A DNA stretch of 64,000 nt. Source: Takakia lepidozioides (lineage: Eukaryota; Plantae; Bryophyta). The stretch is from contig CM060732.1 of the NCBI GenBank assembly GCA_030704615.1, forward strand, positions 82,708,001-82,772,000, read 5' to 3'. Position 1 is the first letter of the stretch; every line of letters starts with the position of its first letter. Shown piece by piece: positions 37,101 to 50,318 of the stretch. The position numbers and the translations under genes were made by a program. The notes below the pieces were generated by a model. The model was not told the DNA's origin. It made no database searches and saw only the letters and a program-made list of their open reading frames with translations.

Positions 37101-40100
37101 GCAACCTTATTGACCGGGTGCGTCAGATTTATTTCTTCTCGGAAAACTTGATTCATAGAAACCACAACTGAAACTAGAGAAGAAAAATGCATAGCTAGCC
37201 TATTGGAGATATTGAAGTGATTTAGCTCACCGGATAGAGACACTGCAGGTTCTTCTTCTCCAAAAAGATGTCCAGCTCCCCTCCCTTGCCGTTGTCATCA
37301 GGTGAGAGCAAGTCTTCAACATGGAGACCGGACGCTCTGTACATATCAACCATGTAGACCTCCCCTTTCTCTTTTCTGAGGGTGTCTAAGACTAAACCAA
37401 ACATATTCAAACCAATGCCATCGCCCAACAAGCTTCCAGACTCTATCTCAATCTCCCTTAGAAGTTTACCCACTTGGACTAGGGAGAATATTCCCAGAGC
37501 AATCAGCTTCCCTAACATTCCAGCCAAATAATCTGGTGCTTTAGGAACGTCAACTGCAGTGTCCTCCAGCATAGATAGAACCATTTCAAACCTGCGCACA
37601 TTGCAACATTTTTACCATTATTGAATTAGCCATTGATAAAGGTATGTAGTCCTTACAAAGGCTTTGCATTATACCAGTACAAGGCACCTAACCACATCCA
37701 CAACCTAAAAGGTACAGTGGCCACCACTTCAACTAAATAGTTCTGGGTTACCGCTCAATTGCTGCTCAAGCAACCCATTTATCACTTTCAAAACATATCT
37801 AACACCTGACCTAATGTTTACATGAGCATGCCAAATACAATGCCTTAACTCAAGGATCCCTCCTACTTCCAAGCTTTTGCAATGGGCCAAGCACTATTCA
37901 ACCATTACTTCTACAGCAATTGAATTGATACCCTTTTGTGATCTGGTCATCTGTCAGTAAACGAGACTCCAAGTCATGGAGATGCACAAGCAGCTTCATA
38001 AGTAGATCTCTATCTTTGTCCTCCTTTTCTAGCGACGATGTTACCCAGATAGAGACCAGAGTTGAATGAAATCTAGGGGCCCTCAATTCTTCCACGCAAA
38101 GGGCAGCCTCCCTCAAGTCCATTACACTGCACATGCCAAACCAAGGGGTAGCAGCATTGTTTATCAAAATAATGAGCTCAGTTTTGTCATCACCTGCTTG
38201 ATCATTAATAAACCAAGGGTGATTTTGACATGATGCCAACACGATGAATTCAGTGAAGCAAATTCCAAAATACCTCCCTCTTGCGCCTTTACATCATGCA
38301 CATTATACAATCGTGCACAACTTCTCTAATTACCTTGTCACCTAATAGGAAAGCTGGGAAAAACAGGAGCTGACCAATTTCAGGACATGTACCTGTAGTA
38401 TTCAGTGATAGCTGCATGACTTTCCTTTCTTAGCTCTTCCTCAGTCAGTAGTGGTGGTGCTGAAGAGGGGTGTGCACCAACAGGAGTAGGTGCAACTGAA
38501 AAATGTGACGCAGAGGCATTCGCAGGCGCTGTTGCAGGTCTGTCAATCACATATGTGTGGTTAGTCAGACCACGCGGGTCTCTACCTGAAAAACCAGGGC
38601 CCAGCCTTTCTGCCACCGTTTGTCTCTCCAACAAAGGCCTTTCTGCCAGCCTCTCTGCACTGGAGGGTCGCATTGGAAGATCCTCCTGTGCACCAAACAC
38701 CGGCCTGTCAGGACCAGCGTACCCCGTAAGAGGCCCCATGCCTGGTCCACGGATGTCACCGCCAATTAGAGGGGTAACATCAGCCAACACACTGCGCGCA
38801 GCCCCTAGTGGTTGGTTTCGCACACCCATCCCCCTCCCAAGCCCTCCTTGGGGGCCCAGAGCAATAGGGCCTTGAGACAAGGGCATTGGCACAGGCCGTG
38901 CGTCCATAAGCAATACACGCTCCTCCGTGCGCCCATCCTGCCCAAACCCTGTTCCCCCTCGCATGCCCCCTTGTTGTGCTGGTGCCCCTCGCATGCCTGT
39001 CCAGGGTGCACCTGCCCCAGTCATTTAACTTTGTCAGAGTGCTTGCCCACATATCTCTGGGCCTTACATTTCACGTGGGTGCTCCACAGGTAATGCACAT
39101 AGACCTTTTCAGTGCCCCTTTCATGAATGCCTGCATAGACATTTCAGAAACCATAACAACAATTATAATGCATCGATGAAGCAAAGACGATTTTGAGGTC
39201 GAGAAAAACACTAACCAGGGCCCATTTGCTGACTAGGGGAGAACAGTGGCGATGGAGCCCCACGCATTCCGAAGTCCAGTCCCGGACCTATTCTCCCTCG
39301 GGCAGGCCCTCCGCCATTGCTAGGGCCACGTGATAAACGATCACGCCCTGCATTGACAGATGCCTGCTGCCGCTCCTGCACTGCATCTCTATGGACTTGG
39401 TCAATTTTTTTTGGGCCCTCCACCTTCCTCCTTGCTTGCCACTCATTCCTTCGAAGGTCAATCACATCTCTCAACATAAATCTCAACCTGGAAGAAAGCT
39501 TCTTGTTGTTAGACAAATTCTCCATTCTCTTGAAATAGGCATCAATGTGCTCCTTTGCTTTGGGATGGTCAATAATACGACCAATTGTGCTCATCAATTT
39601 GCACAATGCCTCCACATCCTCATCGTCAGGGTTTTGATATTCACCCAGCAACTTCTTTATACACTCATGCATGATGCGTTCTGTCAACATAGTCATCTTA
39701 TACAACTCCCCGATGAATCGAATGTTTCCTAACATGCGCCTCCGAGCTGTCAAGCGCCTTGCCTCTCTTTCCTCTGGTGTGAGCTTCACTTCACCCTCCT
39801 CCTCTATCTTCTCAGCTTCCTCTTGCTCCCTCTCACCGCGCTCAAACTCTTCCTGGCATTTATTCAAGAGCACGCGCTTGAAGGTGATCTTCTCATCCTC
39901 TTCAGTGAATTCAGGCAGATCAACAGCAAGCTGGACACAGAATTCAGCATACATCTCACAAAAGGTAGGTTCCGTCAGTGCTTTGTCAAATATCTGGGAA
40001 ATCACACCCGTCAGAGTGATGGCAGAGTCGATGTTGACCTCCTTCACCTGGGCAAACAGCTTGTCAAAATTTTGAGGGGTTAGTTTGTTCAGAATGCCCT

Positions 40101-43100
40101 TAATCTGCCTCTGCTTAGCCTGCTCTTCATCTGACACCTTACCCACTTCATAGCGCCTTTCTGCCTTATGCATTGCAGGTAACGGTGTGCGAGGTGAAGG
40201 CATTAGTCCTTTCTTGTCCATTGGTGCTCGCTGCCACCGATCTGCATCCACACCATTGCTTCTAACTGGATTTGGCATCGGGTGAGGAGACATGATGGAA
40301 GCAGGCCCTCCTGGCATTAGACTCATCAACATGCTTTGTGGTGAGGGCATCCCAGGTCGAATTCCGGTTGGCATTCGTGCTATTAACCCTGGTTGGATAG
40401 TACCCTGTCCCGGTCGAAACCCACCTATATCCGAGCGCACATCCCCAATATGACCACGACCAGGGGATGGGACAAGCCCTGGTTGTCTATTCCACCTATC
40501 CTCATCAGCACCCGACAAGTTGCTTCCCCGCCACTCTGGACGAGGCCCACTGGACTGTCGATCCAGCATCCGGCCAGGGCTGGACAAAGCATCGCGGTCA
40601 GAAAGCCCATCCGGTTGTGCCAATATGAGTTCCGCGATATCTTGCCTAATCTCAAAATCCCCTGGAAGCTCCAGGTTTTGATCCCTCTGTGTCAACAAGA
40701 AATCACGAGTGTACTTTTTATCCCCTGGATAAGAATGGCTTGAGCCAGTAGAACCAGCAGTTATCTTTGAAGTAGGCAGCTCTGCAGCATCCTCCCAATC
40801 ATCCAGTTCCTTGGGAGGAGGCTTCTCCAAGCGAGTAAGAGATTCTATTTTAAGGACACCACCTAGAGGCACAGTACTAAGAGGCTCAGTTCTCTTCACC
40901 TCCTGGAGCTTCTTCTCTTCCGGTGCCTTGAACGCATTGTAAAGATCTGCAGTGGTGCCAGAAGCATCTGCTTTTGCAAGAAGCTCCTTCTTCTTCTTCT
41001 TGCTTTCCCTCTTCACCTCTGAGGGAGTAACAGATGGCATTTCTTCCTCAGCACTCGACCTCATCTCACCCACGTCCTTTACTATTTTGTATGGAACAGG
41101 AATCAAGTCAGCACTGCCCACTGTTTCAGCAACCTCCGCAACTGGGCTGCCAGAAGTGGGACTACTCAGATGATGACTTCCTGATTTATCCTCCATTTTC
41201 TTAAAAACCTGCAAAGTGACATCCTCACAGGACATTACTTCGTCTGCCACTACATCAGTATCCACATCTGTGAGTGGTAAAACCTCCACTGCTCCTGGTT
41301 CCCTTACCTTGTTCTGTAGCTCATCTTCCCTCTCAGCCACAACAATCCTTGCATTGTACTGGGGCAATTCCTGATTCTCACCCTGTGCATCTGATGAAGC
41401 CCTACATACTAGATCCAAAGCTGGAGAGTCCCCTAAAAGGGCCCCACCTGTCACTGAAACAATAACATCTTCAACTCTCGTCTTTGACTCAGGTACCACC
41501 TCCTCTGACAACAACAGACTACCTGCTACTGATTTCAAATGGACAGCTGTCTCAGAGACCAGATTTCTTGATTTCTCATCTGCCACTGTGTTAGGGCTAT
41601 TATCTGCCAAAACCTGTTTGCCTGGTATTTCCGGTGCTCCCTCCATCTGCTCAGAACCTGATAATGTGTATGTAACCTTAACTGGCACAAACCCTCCATC
41701 ACCCACAAGTGGTTCCTCCTCAGCTGGCAACAGCATATGTGTCATGTCTTCTACACTCAGAGGAGCAGGCACTGCAACTTCTTGAAAGTTAATGAAATCT
41801 GTGCTTGGATTTTCCAGAGCAGTCATCTGACCCCTTGCAGATACCACACCATTTTCCTTGACTAGAACTTGGGATTCCGAAGTTATATTGGAAGAAGTTT
41901 CCATAATCTTCGATAACACTGATGTATCCAAGTCCAGAAATAAGGCACTAGATGTGTTCATAACTGATACAATTTGGGTGTCTAGAGATCCATGCTTCAC
42001 ATCCATTCCCTGGTATGACCTACCCGGGTACATAATTCCTGCATCTTCCACATTCCTCTTCACTTCACCTTCATAGAGGGGGATGGGGTAGTGACATTTA
42101 CTTGAGCTTCCTCTGTCATCAGAAATGGTCTGCGCATCACCTTCAGAGTTGCTCAATGTCTGACTAATATTAGTTACACCAATGGTGGCGTCCCTTCCAG
42201 ACACGTAGCTCAAAACAGTATCCCTCGCTGAGACCTCAGCATCCTTTGAGTCCTCCCCCTCATAGGTTGCTCCAGCTGGTGCCTGACTACCATTTGATTT
42301 GTCAGCCACCAGCATCGTAAATGAACCCTTAGAGGCAGTGCATCCTTTTGTCTCTATGACAGCTGGTTCTCCATTTGCTGTGCCCAGAGGATCAAAAGTT
42401 GTGCTCTCCTTGGCATGTGCCTCAGAACCTTGCTTAGATAGCTTACCCAAATCTTGCTGGGAAGATAATCCTGCAGCTACCTCTTCAAGGCGTGGAGGAA
42501 CTACCACAGAAGCATAAGTAACATCTGTGCATACCCAGAAGATCAAATACTAGACGGATTAGTGGAGCCAGAACAACAGACATCTGACGAAGTTTGCGAT
42601 ACAATTCCCCTGAAAAGATTTAGACTCCATCTTGGGTCAGGTAAAACGAACATGAACTTATGTTTCTTCCAATTGCTGCGAACCAGCCTAATATGACTGG
42701 AGAGTCAAACATCTGCCATCCAGGTGGCGAATCAGCCGCAGGGGATACCTGCCCATAGTGACAGCAAATCAATCAACAGGTAGCTGCACTGACATCTGCA
42801 AATTTTGATTTTTGCAAACTATACCCCCAAGATTGCAGATACGCTTGAAACTCCTACAGTTCCTCCTGCCCACCTGTCTCTCTGCTTTCTCTGTCTGCAA
42901 TAGAATCTACCTGACCCGTCCATTTAGCCCCACCAACCCACCTCCCTCTCATTCTACAATAACACGCACACAGATATGCCCATCACTGCATTTACGCTAC
43001 AAAATGAAAGGGCCCATAGCAATACTCTAAAAACAAGTTGTGACCTTTCAGGTGATGATAATGGCAGTACCTGGTTTGAAGACTGTTTGATTATCTTTCT

Positions 43101-46100
43101 CAGATGCTGCCCTTGCAGTCACCTTCGAATCCTCCTGTCTGAGAGTTGGTTCATCCACTGCATCATTATCATGCACTCCAGATGACATTTTTTGCAAACC
43201 AGGTCTAGGGCTATTAAATGCAGATATCTGGGTAGTAGCACCAGCAGCAGACTGTCCTACTGAAGATTGAGTAATAAGAGATACAAGTGCATCCGTCTTC
43301 TGTTCTTCTTGCTGAACAACACGTTGAGTAGTCGGCATTAATGCTTGCAGCTGGTGGCGTTGTTGCCGCTGCTCCTTCTTACTACTCTTCCTTAGGTTCT
43401 CTCGGATCCCTGAAGGCTTTGCAATGTCCCCTTTCAATTTATCTCCTGAATTTACCATGCTCCCAGCAGGAGATGGAGTCACTACCTTTGGACTGCTAGC
43501 ACTTTGAGATGAAGTCGGTGTCAGATCTATCAGAGGAGTAATCGAAGACACAGCAACTGAAGTAGTCCTGGTTGCTCCAGCAGCAGACTTTACAGAACTG
43601 GCACCACCTGGAAGCGAACTGCCACATTCTGTCACTGAGGAAGAATTACCATCAGTAACAACAGGAGGACCAGGTGTGCCAATCACCAGTTGCTCTCCAG
43701 CAGAGACAGCAGTGCCACCTGAATCTTCCACATCACCAAACTTGAAGGCTGCTACCGAATTCGGTGAAGGATTAGCAGGACTCAGCACAGGCTGCACAGA
43801 AAATGAGCCCAGAGGGGCTGCTATCAAGCTTTCGGACTTCCCATTGGGGGGGAGAGAATGGTTCAACCCTTGTTGTGGAACAGGATTGGGTCCTTTAGGT
43901 CCTGGTCTACCACTTGCCATCACCACAGGAATGCCCTGAACTGGTGGTGCTGAAGGTGCACCACTCAACACGTCCGGAGGAGTGGGCCCTGAACCCGCTG
44001 ATCCCATCAGACCCATGCTGACCAGAGGATGTCCCACTTTAGGTCCAGATGGGCTAGGGCCAGTCCCAGGGTGACCAATGAATGGTCCTTGTACCGGAGG
44101 TGGAGGTGCATAACTGAATCTGACGGGATGTGAACTTGACAGAGGCCCTCCTGCTGTTGGCACCCCAGTCTTGGACAAACCTGGCTGGTAGAAGGCAGCA
44201 GCTGGCCCAGCATGGCTATATGGTGCATTTGGTAATGTGGAGTAGAAGTTCATGCTTGGAACCATCTGATGATGAGGGGCTCCACCATATCCCAGTGGCG
44301 CACGTGATTGAGGCGGCCCATTGCTGGACATTCTCCCGGTCATACCAGATGTAACAGAAGCCGATATCGTCACACCGTTGTCCATGAAAGAGTCAACTTT
44401 TCTAGAATTAGCATCAAAACGCAATTCCTCATGGGTCTGTGGATTCACAATCTTGACAGCCCTGTTTACGCGAGGCTGCATAAATTGGTTTGTTGGATGA
44501 GGCAAATATTGAGACCCCGACATTCCTGGCAGCAGCTGGCCTGCTCCACCACCCATCTGTGGGCCAAGCTGATGTGCCATGTGGGGTAATATCTGTTGGG
44601 ATGACAGCTGGCCTGCCAATGGACCCCCAATTGGCGGCCCAAGGATATGTGGACCATGAGGCAGAGGAGGCATCATCGATTGAGGAAACTTCATGGACTG
44701 ACCCAGCACCAGGCCTTGCTGCTGTGGCAAGGGGTGCTGCTGAGCCAGAGCTTGCTGCTGCTGCATGTGTGCTTGGGCTGCAGCCATCTGCACCTGCAGC
44801 TGCAAGTGTGGCCCCTGAGATGACATGTGCAAGCTACTGGGTTGTTGTGCATACTGTGCTTGAACCAGCTGCTTCTTTGGAATCACTTGGGCTGCCGGAA
44901 GCGCAGGTGGATGCCCTTGTGCAATTACACTCAATTGAGCATGTTTTACAATAGTTGGAGTGGACTGTTCTACTGAAATTGCCACGCTATGGACAGGCAT
45001 CTGCTCCTGACAAACCCCCCACACAATTACATACTGCCACATACAATTTTACTACATGCAGCATGAGAGAAAAAGGGCAACAAGAAAAGTGGCTTCCAAG
45101 ATGACCGTTTGGCCCACAGGAAAACCGGAAGACTGCGCTCTTGACAATTAATTAATGAACCTCTCACTAGTATCACAACATAGAAGTTAAGAAAATTAAA
45201 TGGTCAAACACCCGTCTTTACCTGTCCTTGCTGCTGCCCAGATGAGACTGTTGGCATTTTCTTAGCTGATGCAAAGCGAGCAGCAGCCTCATACTGTGCC
45301 TGTGTCCCAGTCACCAATTTGCATCACAGCAAAAAAACAGGATACAACCTTATACATCATTCCAATAGCTGCTTACTGCAAACATGTTTCCAGTGCATTC
45401 AGCATCTAGTGCAAAGCCGCTACTATGCCAGAACTCTGAACTAAGACAGAGTGCCAAAAATACCAGCTGTCGCTTTTGCTCGTCAAGGTTTGGTGGAGCT
45501 GAGCTTGTTCGTGCTGGAATCTGCATCTTTAAGACACACATACACACACAGACAATGTAAGCGACATGCATGACCAAATTTAGGTGAAACCACCAGGCTA
45601 AACAGCCAGCAGCAGATAGTGAAGTCAGAACCTATTGAGAGTGCCTTTGAGGGGAAACTAATCTAATGTCATACATCAAACGTCATCAACAAACGAAAAC
45701 CAGTATAATCAGAGACCCTGAATCCACGCCAGCAAATGCAAAACTGGACTAGAAAATTGAAACGGCATATAATCAGAGGAACCCATTACATGTACACAAA
45801 TCCATGCAGTTCTTGTACAAGAGAAACAATAGCATCTTAGTAGGCAACTACAGCAATGGTATTAAGCAAAAGATGCAACACGCATAGGGTGGATAGACCG
45901 ACATACCTGCATATCAGTGTGCACATAGCTAGAATTTAGGCTCCCAAAACCAGGACTGATGCTACCAAATTGAAAGGCCTGAAATGGTGCTCCAGACACC
46001 TCAGGAGATGCAGCTGCATGCATCCAAAACAGACGGAAAACTCTTAGCAGCAATCTTGCAGGTTCATAGTTCTCTTAAAAGCAACCTATATCCAAACAAA

Positions 46101-48235
46101 CTCAATGACACATGCAAGAGATCAAAGAAAGGACATTCAGGAAAGTACCTACAAAACAGAGGTCAAATTTGTGGAAAGAAAACAAGTTTATGTTGAACAC
46201 CACATTCGATGTGAGACATAATGTTCTCTTTTTTCAGCTATCAACACCATAGCTGCTGACAGACCAGAACAGGAAGGGGCTGACACCAAGTAAGCAAATG
46301 ACACCACATTGCAAAATAGAGAAGTTCAGCTTTCATCCACATGTGTAAGAAGCCCACAACTACTAAATGTGAAAAGGAGTATACCAGTGGGCGTCACAGG
46401 CTCTGGCCCTGCAGCATGGCTAGAAGCTGGCGCAGGCAGTTTAATGGTTACAGGTTGCTGAGCAATCAGCAGCCCTCCAGGTGCCGCACATATGGAAGGG
46501 GTTCCAGCTACACCATGTAGGGACACTGCTGAATTCACCTCTGGCAACTTCTGCGCAGAGTCCGTCTGGCTGTGTTGATTTGTGTCTGTGGGATCCATGC
46601 CTCGGAGGGCCACCAGTACTGTTGCCCACCACCAGGATCACTACATGAGTTTCAATTGAATGACCCTGTGACCTGTGCTTCCTAACAGTCTGCCGATTGA
46701 CTTCAAACCAACATCTACAGATCAGGCTTCACCATGCCTGGATTCTACAGATGGTTGCTTGGAAAATGCTTTAAAGATGGACCCTTTCAGAACCATAGCC
46801 AAGGACAAATACAGTCATAAAGGTATCAAATATCATGCAATCAAGCCGCTACTGATGCCAAAATCTGCAGATGTTACACACATCAATAGAGCCAAACCCC
46901 GGCTCAACTAAGGCCAATTAGCCAACACCTGTTAATTCCAAAACATAGCCCTAAACTAAAGCAAGAGACCAGACCTTGTTGCTGTTGATGGTCTTGATAT
47001 GGGGGTAACGTTGACTGTTGCACCTTAGAGGTAGCATATTCTGCAGGGCCTCCAGCTGGAGTGCCTCCTGCAGAAGCAGCAACTCCAGCAAGTCCATTGG
47101 CATGCTTCCCACTGGTACAGGATAACCACACCAGAAAGAAATCAGGCTACTGCTGCAGACGTTCCATCTGTAACCCTAACCTCAAAACCTTGTATCCCTC
47201 CTCATGTGAGAGAGAACCATGTCTACTGAGCCATACAAGTTGCATTTGACAGATCAAACAGAGGACATAAGAAGAATTTATAAACTTCATGAAGTTGGTG
47301 AACAAAGGAAACCCAAAAGGTCAATGGTACCCCAGCTAATACAGTCCACAAGAGCAGAAAAGCCATCCCAGCACGAACTGCCCATAGCTTGATACCAGCA
47401 TATAAACTGGTAAGAGCCAGGTGTTTGAAAATGCAGCCTTCCAGGACCACAAAGTAGATCCACATGTCTTTCCGCATCCACTTGCAAGACGTACTATACT
47501 GATAAGATACATCAACATGTCCTTAAAGCTGATGGCGAATGAATTTATTCGATATATGTTCTTTTGGCCACTGTTTTACCTCTTCCACTTGTCAAAACAC
47601 GACATTGAGATAAGGCCCTGACAGAAACTCTTCCTTCACTGAATTTTTTTGCCTTCCAAAAACATGCCTACAACAATGTGGGGGCATGAGTCCCATCGGT
47701 CCCTCCCGATGCCGAACGTGAACACTACTCGCATCATTTGCAAAGCCCTGAGGAAGGCCAATTTAACTTTGTAGCACAACCCTGACTAGGACTAAACAGT
47801 CATCAACCAGCATAATCTCTTACAAGTAACATGTCTGTTGTTATTGACTGAAAGCCAGAAGACCCTCGTGAGCACCTCATCCAAAATGCACGCATGCTTC
47901 GAAAAGCATAAACTCCCTCAAAAATATCCATGTCACAAAAAACTGGACGTAATAGCAAATGATAGAAATAATGCAAAGAATGGAGCTAGAACAAAAGGCC
48001 GACAGACTCACCCACGACTGCTGGAGGCCCCAACAACAGCAGGCCGGGCAGGAGAGGGAGCAAGAGAGGGATGTGGGGGAATGGAGCCAGAGGGAGCACT
48101 GTCTGAAGGGCCGGGCCCTCCACCCTTCACAGATACCGATGAACCCCCTGCTCTCAGGTACACCGCACCACCTGTTCTTTCAGCCTTCTTTAGCTGTGCC
48201 TCACTCCTATCTCCTTTACTTTGATAATGGGACAT
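34136..48235 (-). CDS. eIF4G: Eukaryotic translation initiation factor 4G (eIF4E-binding motif, MIF4G, MA3, W2)
   Basis: Start MSHYQSKGDRSE; FQFGSI and PARTSSAPPNLDEQKR N-terminal motifs; KKYTRDFLL (YxxxxLL); MIF4G KGILNKLTPQNF..RRRMLGNIRFIGELY; MA3 (38430-37231); six further GT-AG exons to TAA at 34136 encode W2. Confidence 0.93.
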
Positions 48236-49148
48236 ATATCGTGATTTATGCGCCTCCCTTGCTAATTGTACGAAAGAAATTGAGAAGCTTCGGTTGCCAC
48301 TCACTGAGAGTGATCCAGATGTCCACAACTATCGCCGCGCATTGGAGCTCGTTGAGAAAATGACCAAAAATTCGCGATAACAGAGATGAAGACAATTCCG
48401 AAGAAAGATACGGGGGAAAATGAAAATGTATTGATCCCTTCTCTTCCCAGCGAGAAGAGGAGAGAAAGGAGACGCGAAGACAAGAAAAGACGAAAGAGAA
48501 AAGACAAAAAAGGCGACACCACAGAAAAAAGTCAAGAAAAAAGATAGAGGGGGAAGAAAGATGGGAAGGAGGGGGGGAGGAGGAGGAGGACGAAGATGGA
48601 GACTTGTGGGAGACTAATGGAGGCCCGATCGCAACATGCAGCAGGTCGCTGGGTGAAGGAGAAGAGGAAGGAAGGACGAAGGCTCTACTGTAGCCAACGT
48701 ACGCACTGCACTGTTTTCCCCACCCCTAACGTCATTCGTCCACCTCGCGAATGATACCTACTATTCATTCATCTCTCAGGTCTCTTCTTCACGTACTAGC
48801 CCGACATTCATCCATGGTTGGAAACAGGTGGAAGCAGCTGCACGAGTGTGGCAAGAGAAGTAGCAGTTCCACAGGAGAGATGAAGTGCAGGAGAGAGAAA
48901 GAGAATCGATCTGCCAGTTTGTGCACAAACTTCTATTGCATCCCCTTGTTGACTTCAACTGTGAGTCCAGTAGATACGTTGAAAAATTCAGCGTTAGGAT
49001 CTGTCGGTTTGCTTTTGCTTTCCCCGCCAGTCAACGATTGTCTGTTGTTCTGGAGGGCAGTGTTCACTCTGGAAGTGAAGATGGTGCATGAACGGATTTG
49101 GCATCAGGTTGGTCAAAACTGAAAACTCGACTTCAGTTAGATTTGGCA

Positions 49149-49903
49149 TTGTGATGGGTCTTTGGCTTGCTAGCAGGTGACTCACATGTCACGCTTGTGA
49201 AGTGTGGAGATGGTTTGTTGGAGGTGATATGTGACCTTGAAATGGTAATCTCCCCTTGCTCCTGGATTAATGTGATCGATTCTGGTATGCAAGAGATTAC
49301 CATTTCAAAGTCTTCCAACGCTGGGACCTGAGAGTTTTGTATAGCTGTTTGCTTTTTATTGTGTATAGTGAAGGCTTTGCTTTTCTTATATTCTAACCTT
49401 TGGCGGATCGGAAACTTCATATCTTGAAATTCTGTCAACGTGGTCTGAATCTGCTGTTACCCGGTCTTCCAAGTTTGGGGTGAGCTCTTGAGTTGGCACT
49501 TCCCTGCATTCACAGCATTTTGCAAATCTTCTCTATGCTCAATAGTAATGCTTGTTATGTAGTTCAGATACGAGATCTTGTGGTGTACAAACAATTACAT
49601 ACGAGATGGAGTATCTGTGTACATATCTTTGGCCACATTCAATGCAGGGCCACGCGGAGCTGATGACGAGAAGTCTCGACTCCTGATAGGAGTGCTGCAA
49701 GCATATCAGCAGCGATCATGAGAAACTTCTATCATTCTCTCGACTATGGCTGGTCAAAGCACCACAGGAGCAGCAGCTGTTGATCTCCTTGGGCCTCTCT
49801 GATTGCGGCCCTGCAACATGACTTGTTTTGGTTTGTGATGGGTCTTTGGCTTGCTAGCAGGTGACCCATGCTTGTGAAGTGTGGAGATGGTTTGTTGGAG
49901 GTG
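49149..49903. repeat. ~70-bp direct repeat pair upstream of eIF4G
   Basis: GTGATGGGTCTTTGGCTTGCTAGCAGGTGAC..GCTTGTGAAGTGTGGAGATGGTTTGTTGGAGGTG at ~49150 and ~49835. Confidence 0.8.
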
Positions 49904-50318
49904 GTTTGTAACAGTAGCTTCTATGTATACTCCCATCTTCCAGTACAAGTGAAAAGGAAGTGGTATGAAATCAAGCTAGGAGCTACCGCGGTTGCCTTTG
50001 GTGACTTACTGGCCAACTAAATTTCTGACTCTTTATGCTGACGACCCCACAAGCAAGAAAGAGCCCAAAGACAGCTATCATAAGACCTTAGTAATGTAGA
50101 GAAAATCAATGCGCCTTGATTGCTTACCCAACACAACAGGCTCTTGATCTGAATTGGGATCCAAGCCTCCCTATGCATCAGCCAGCGGTAACAGATGACG
50201 TTCACTGCTGCCAACAATGCTACTTGTTCTGACCCCTCAAAAACCTCCCCCACTTCCGCTGGCAGTCCCAACACAATGACTTGCGAAGCAACAGACTTCA
50301 GATCCCTCTGGAAGAACA

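Noticed and set aside
38555-44954. Many plus-strand ORFs
   Set aside because: Antisense shadows of eIF4G exons
49660-49740. Possible miRNA hairpin or C/D snoRNA
   Set aside because: Pairing is poor, box spacing is too short and it matches no miRNA I recognise
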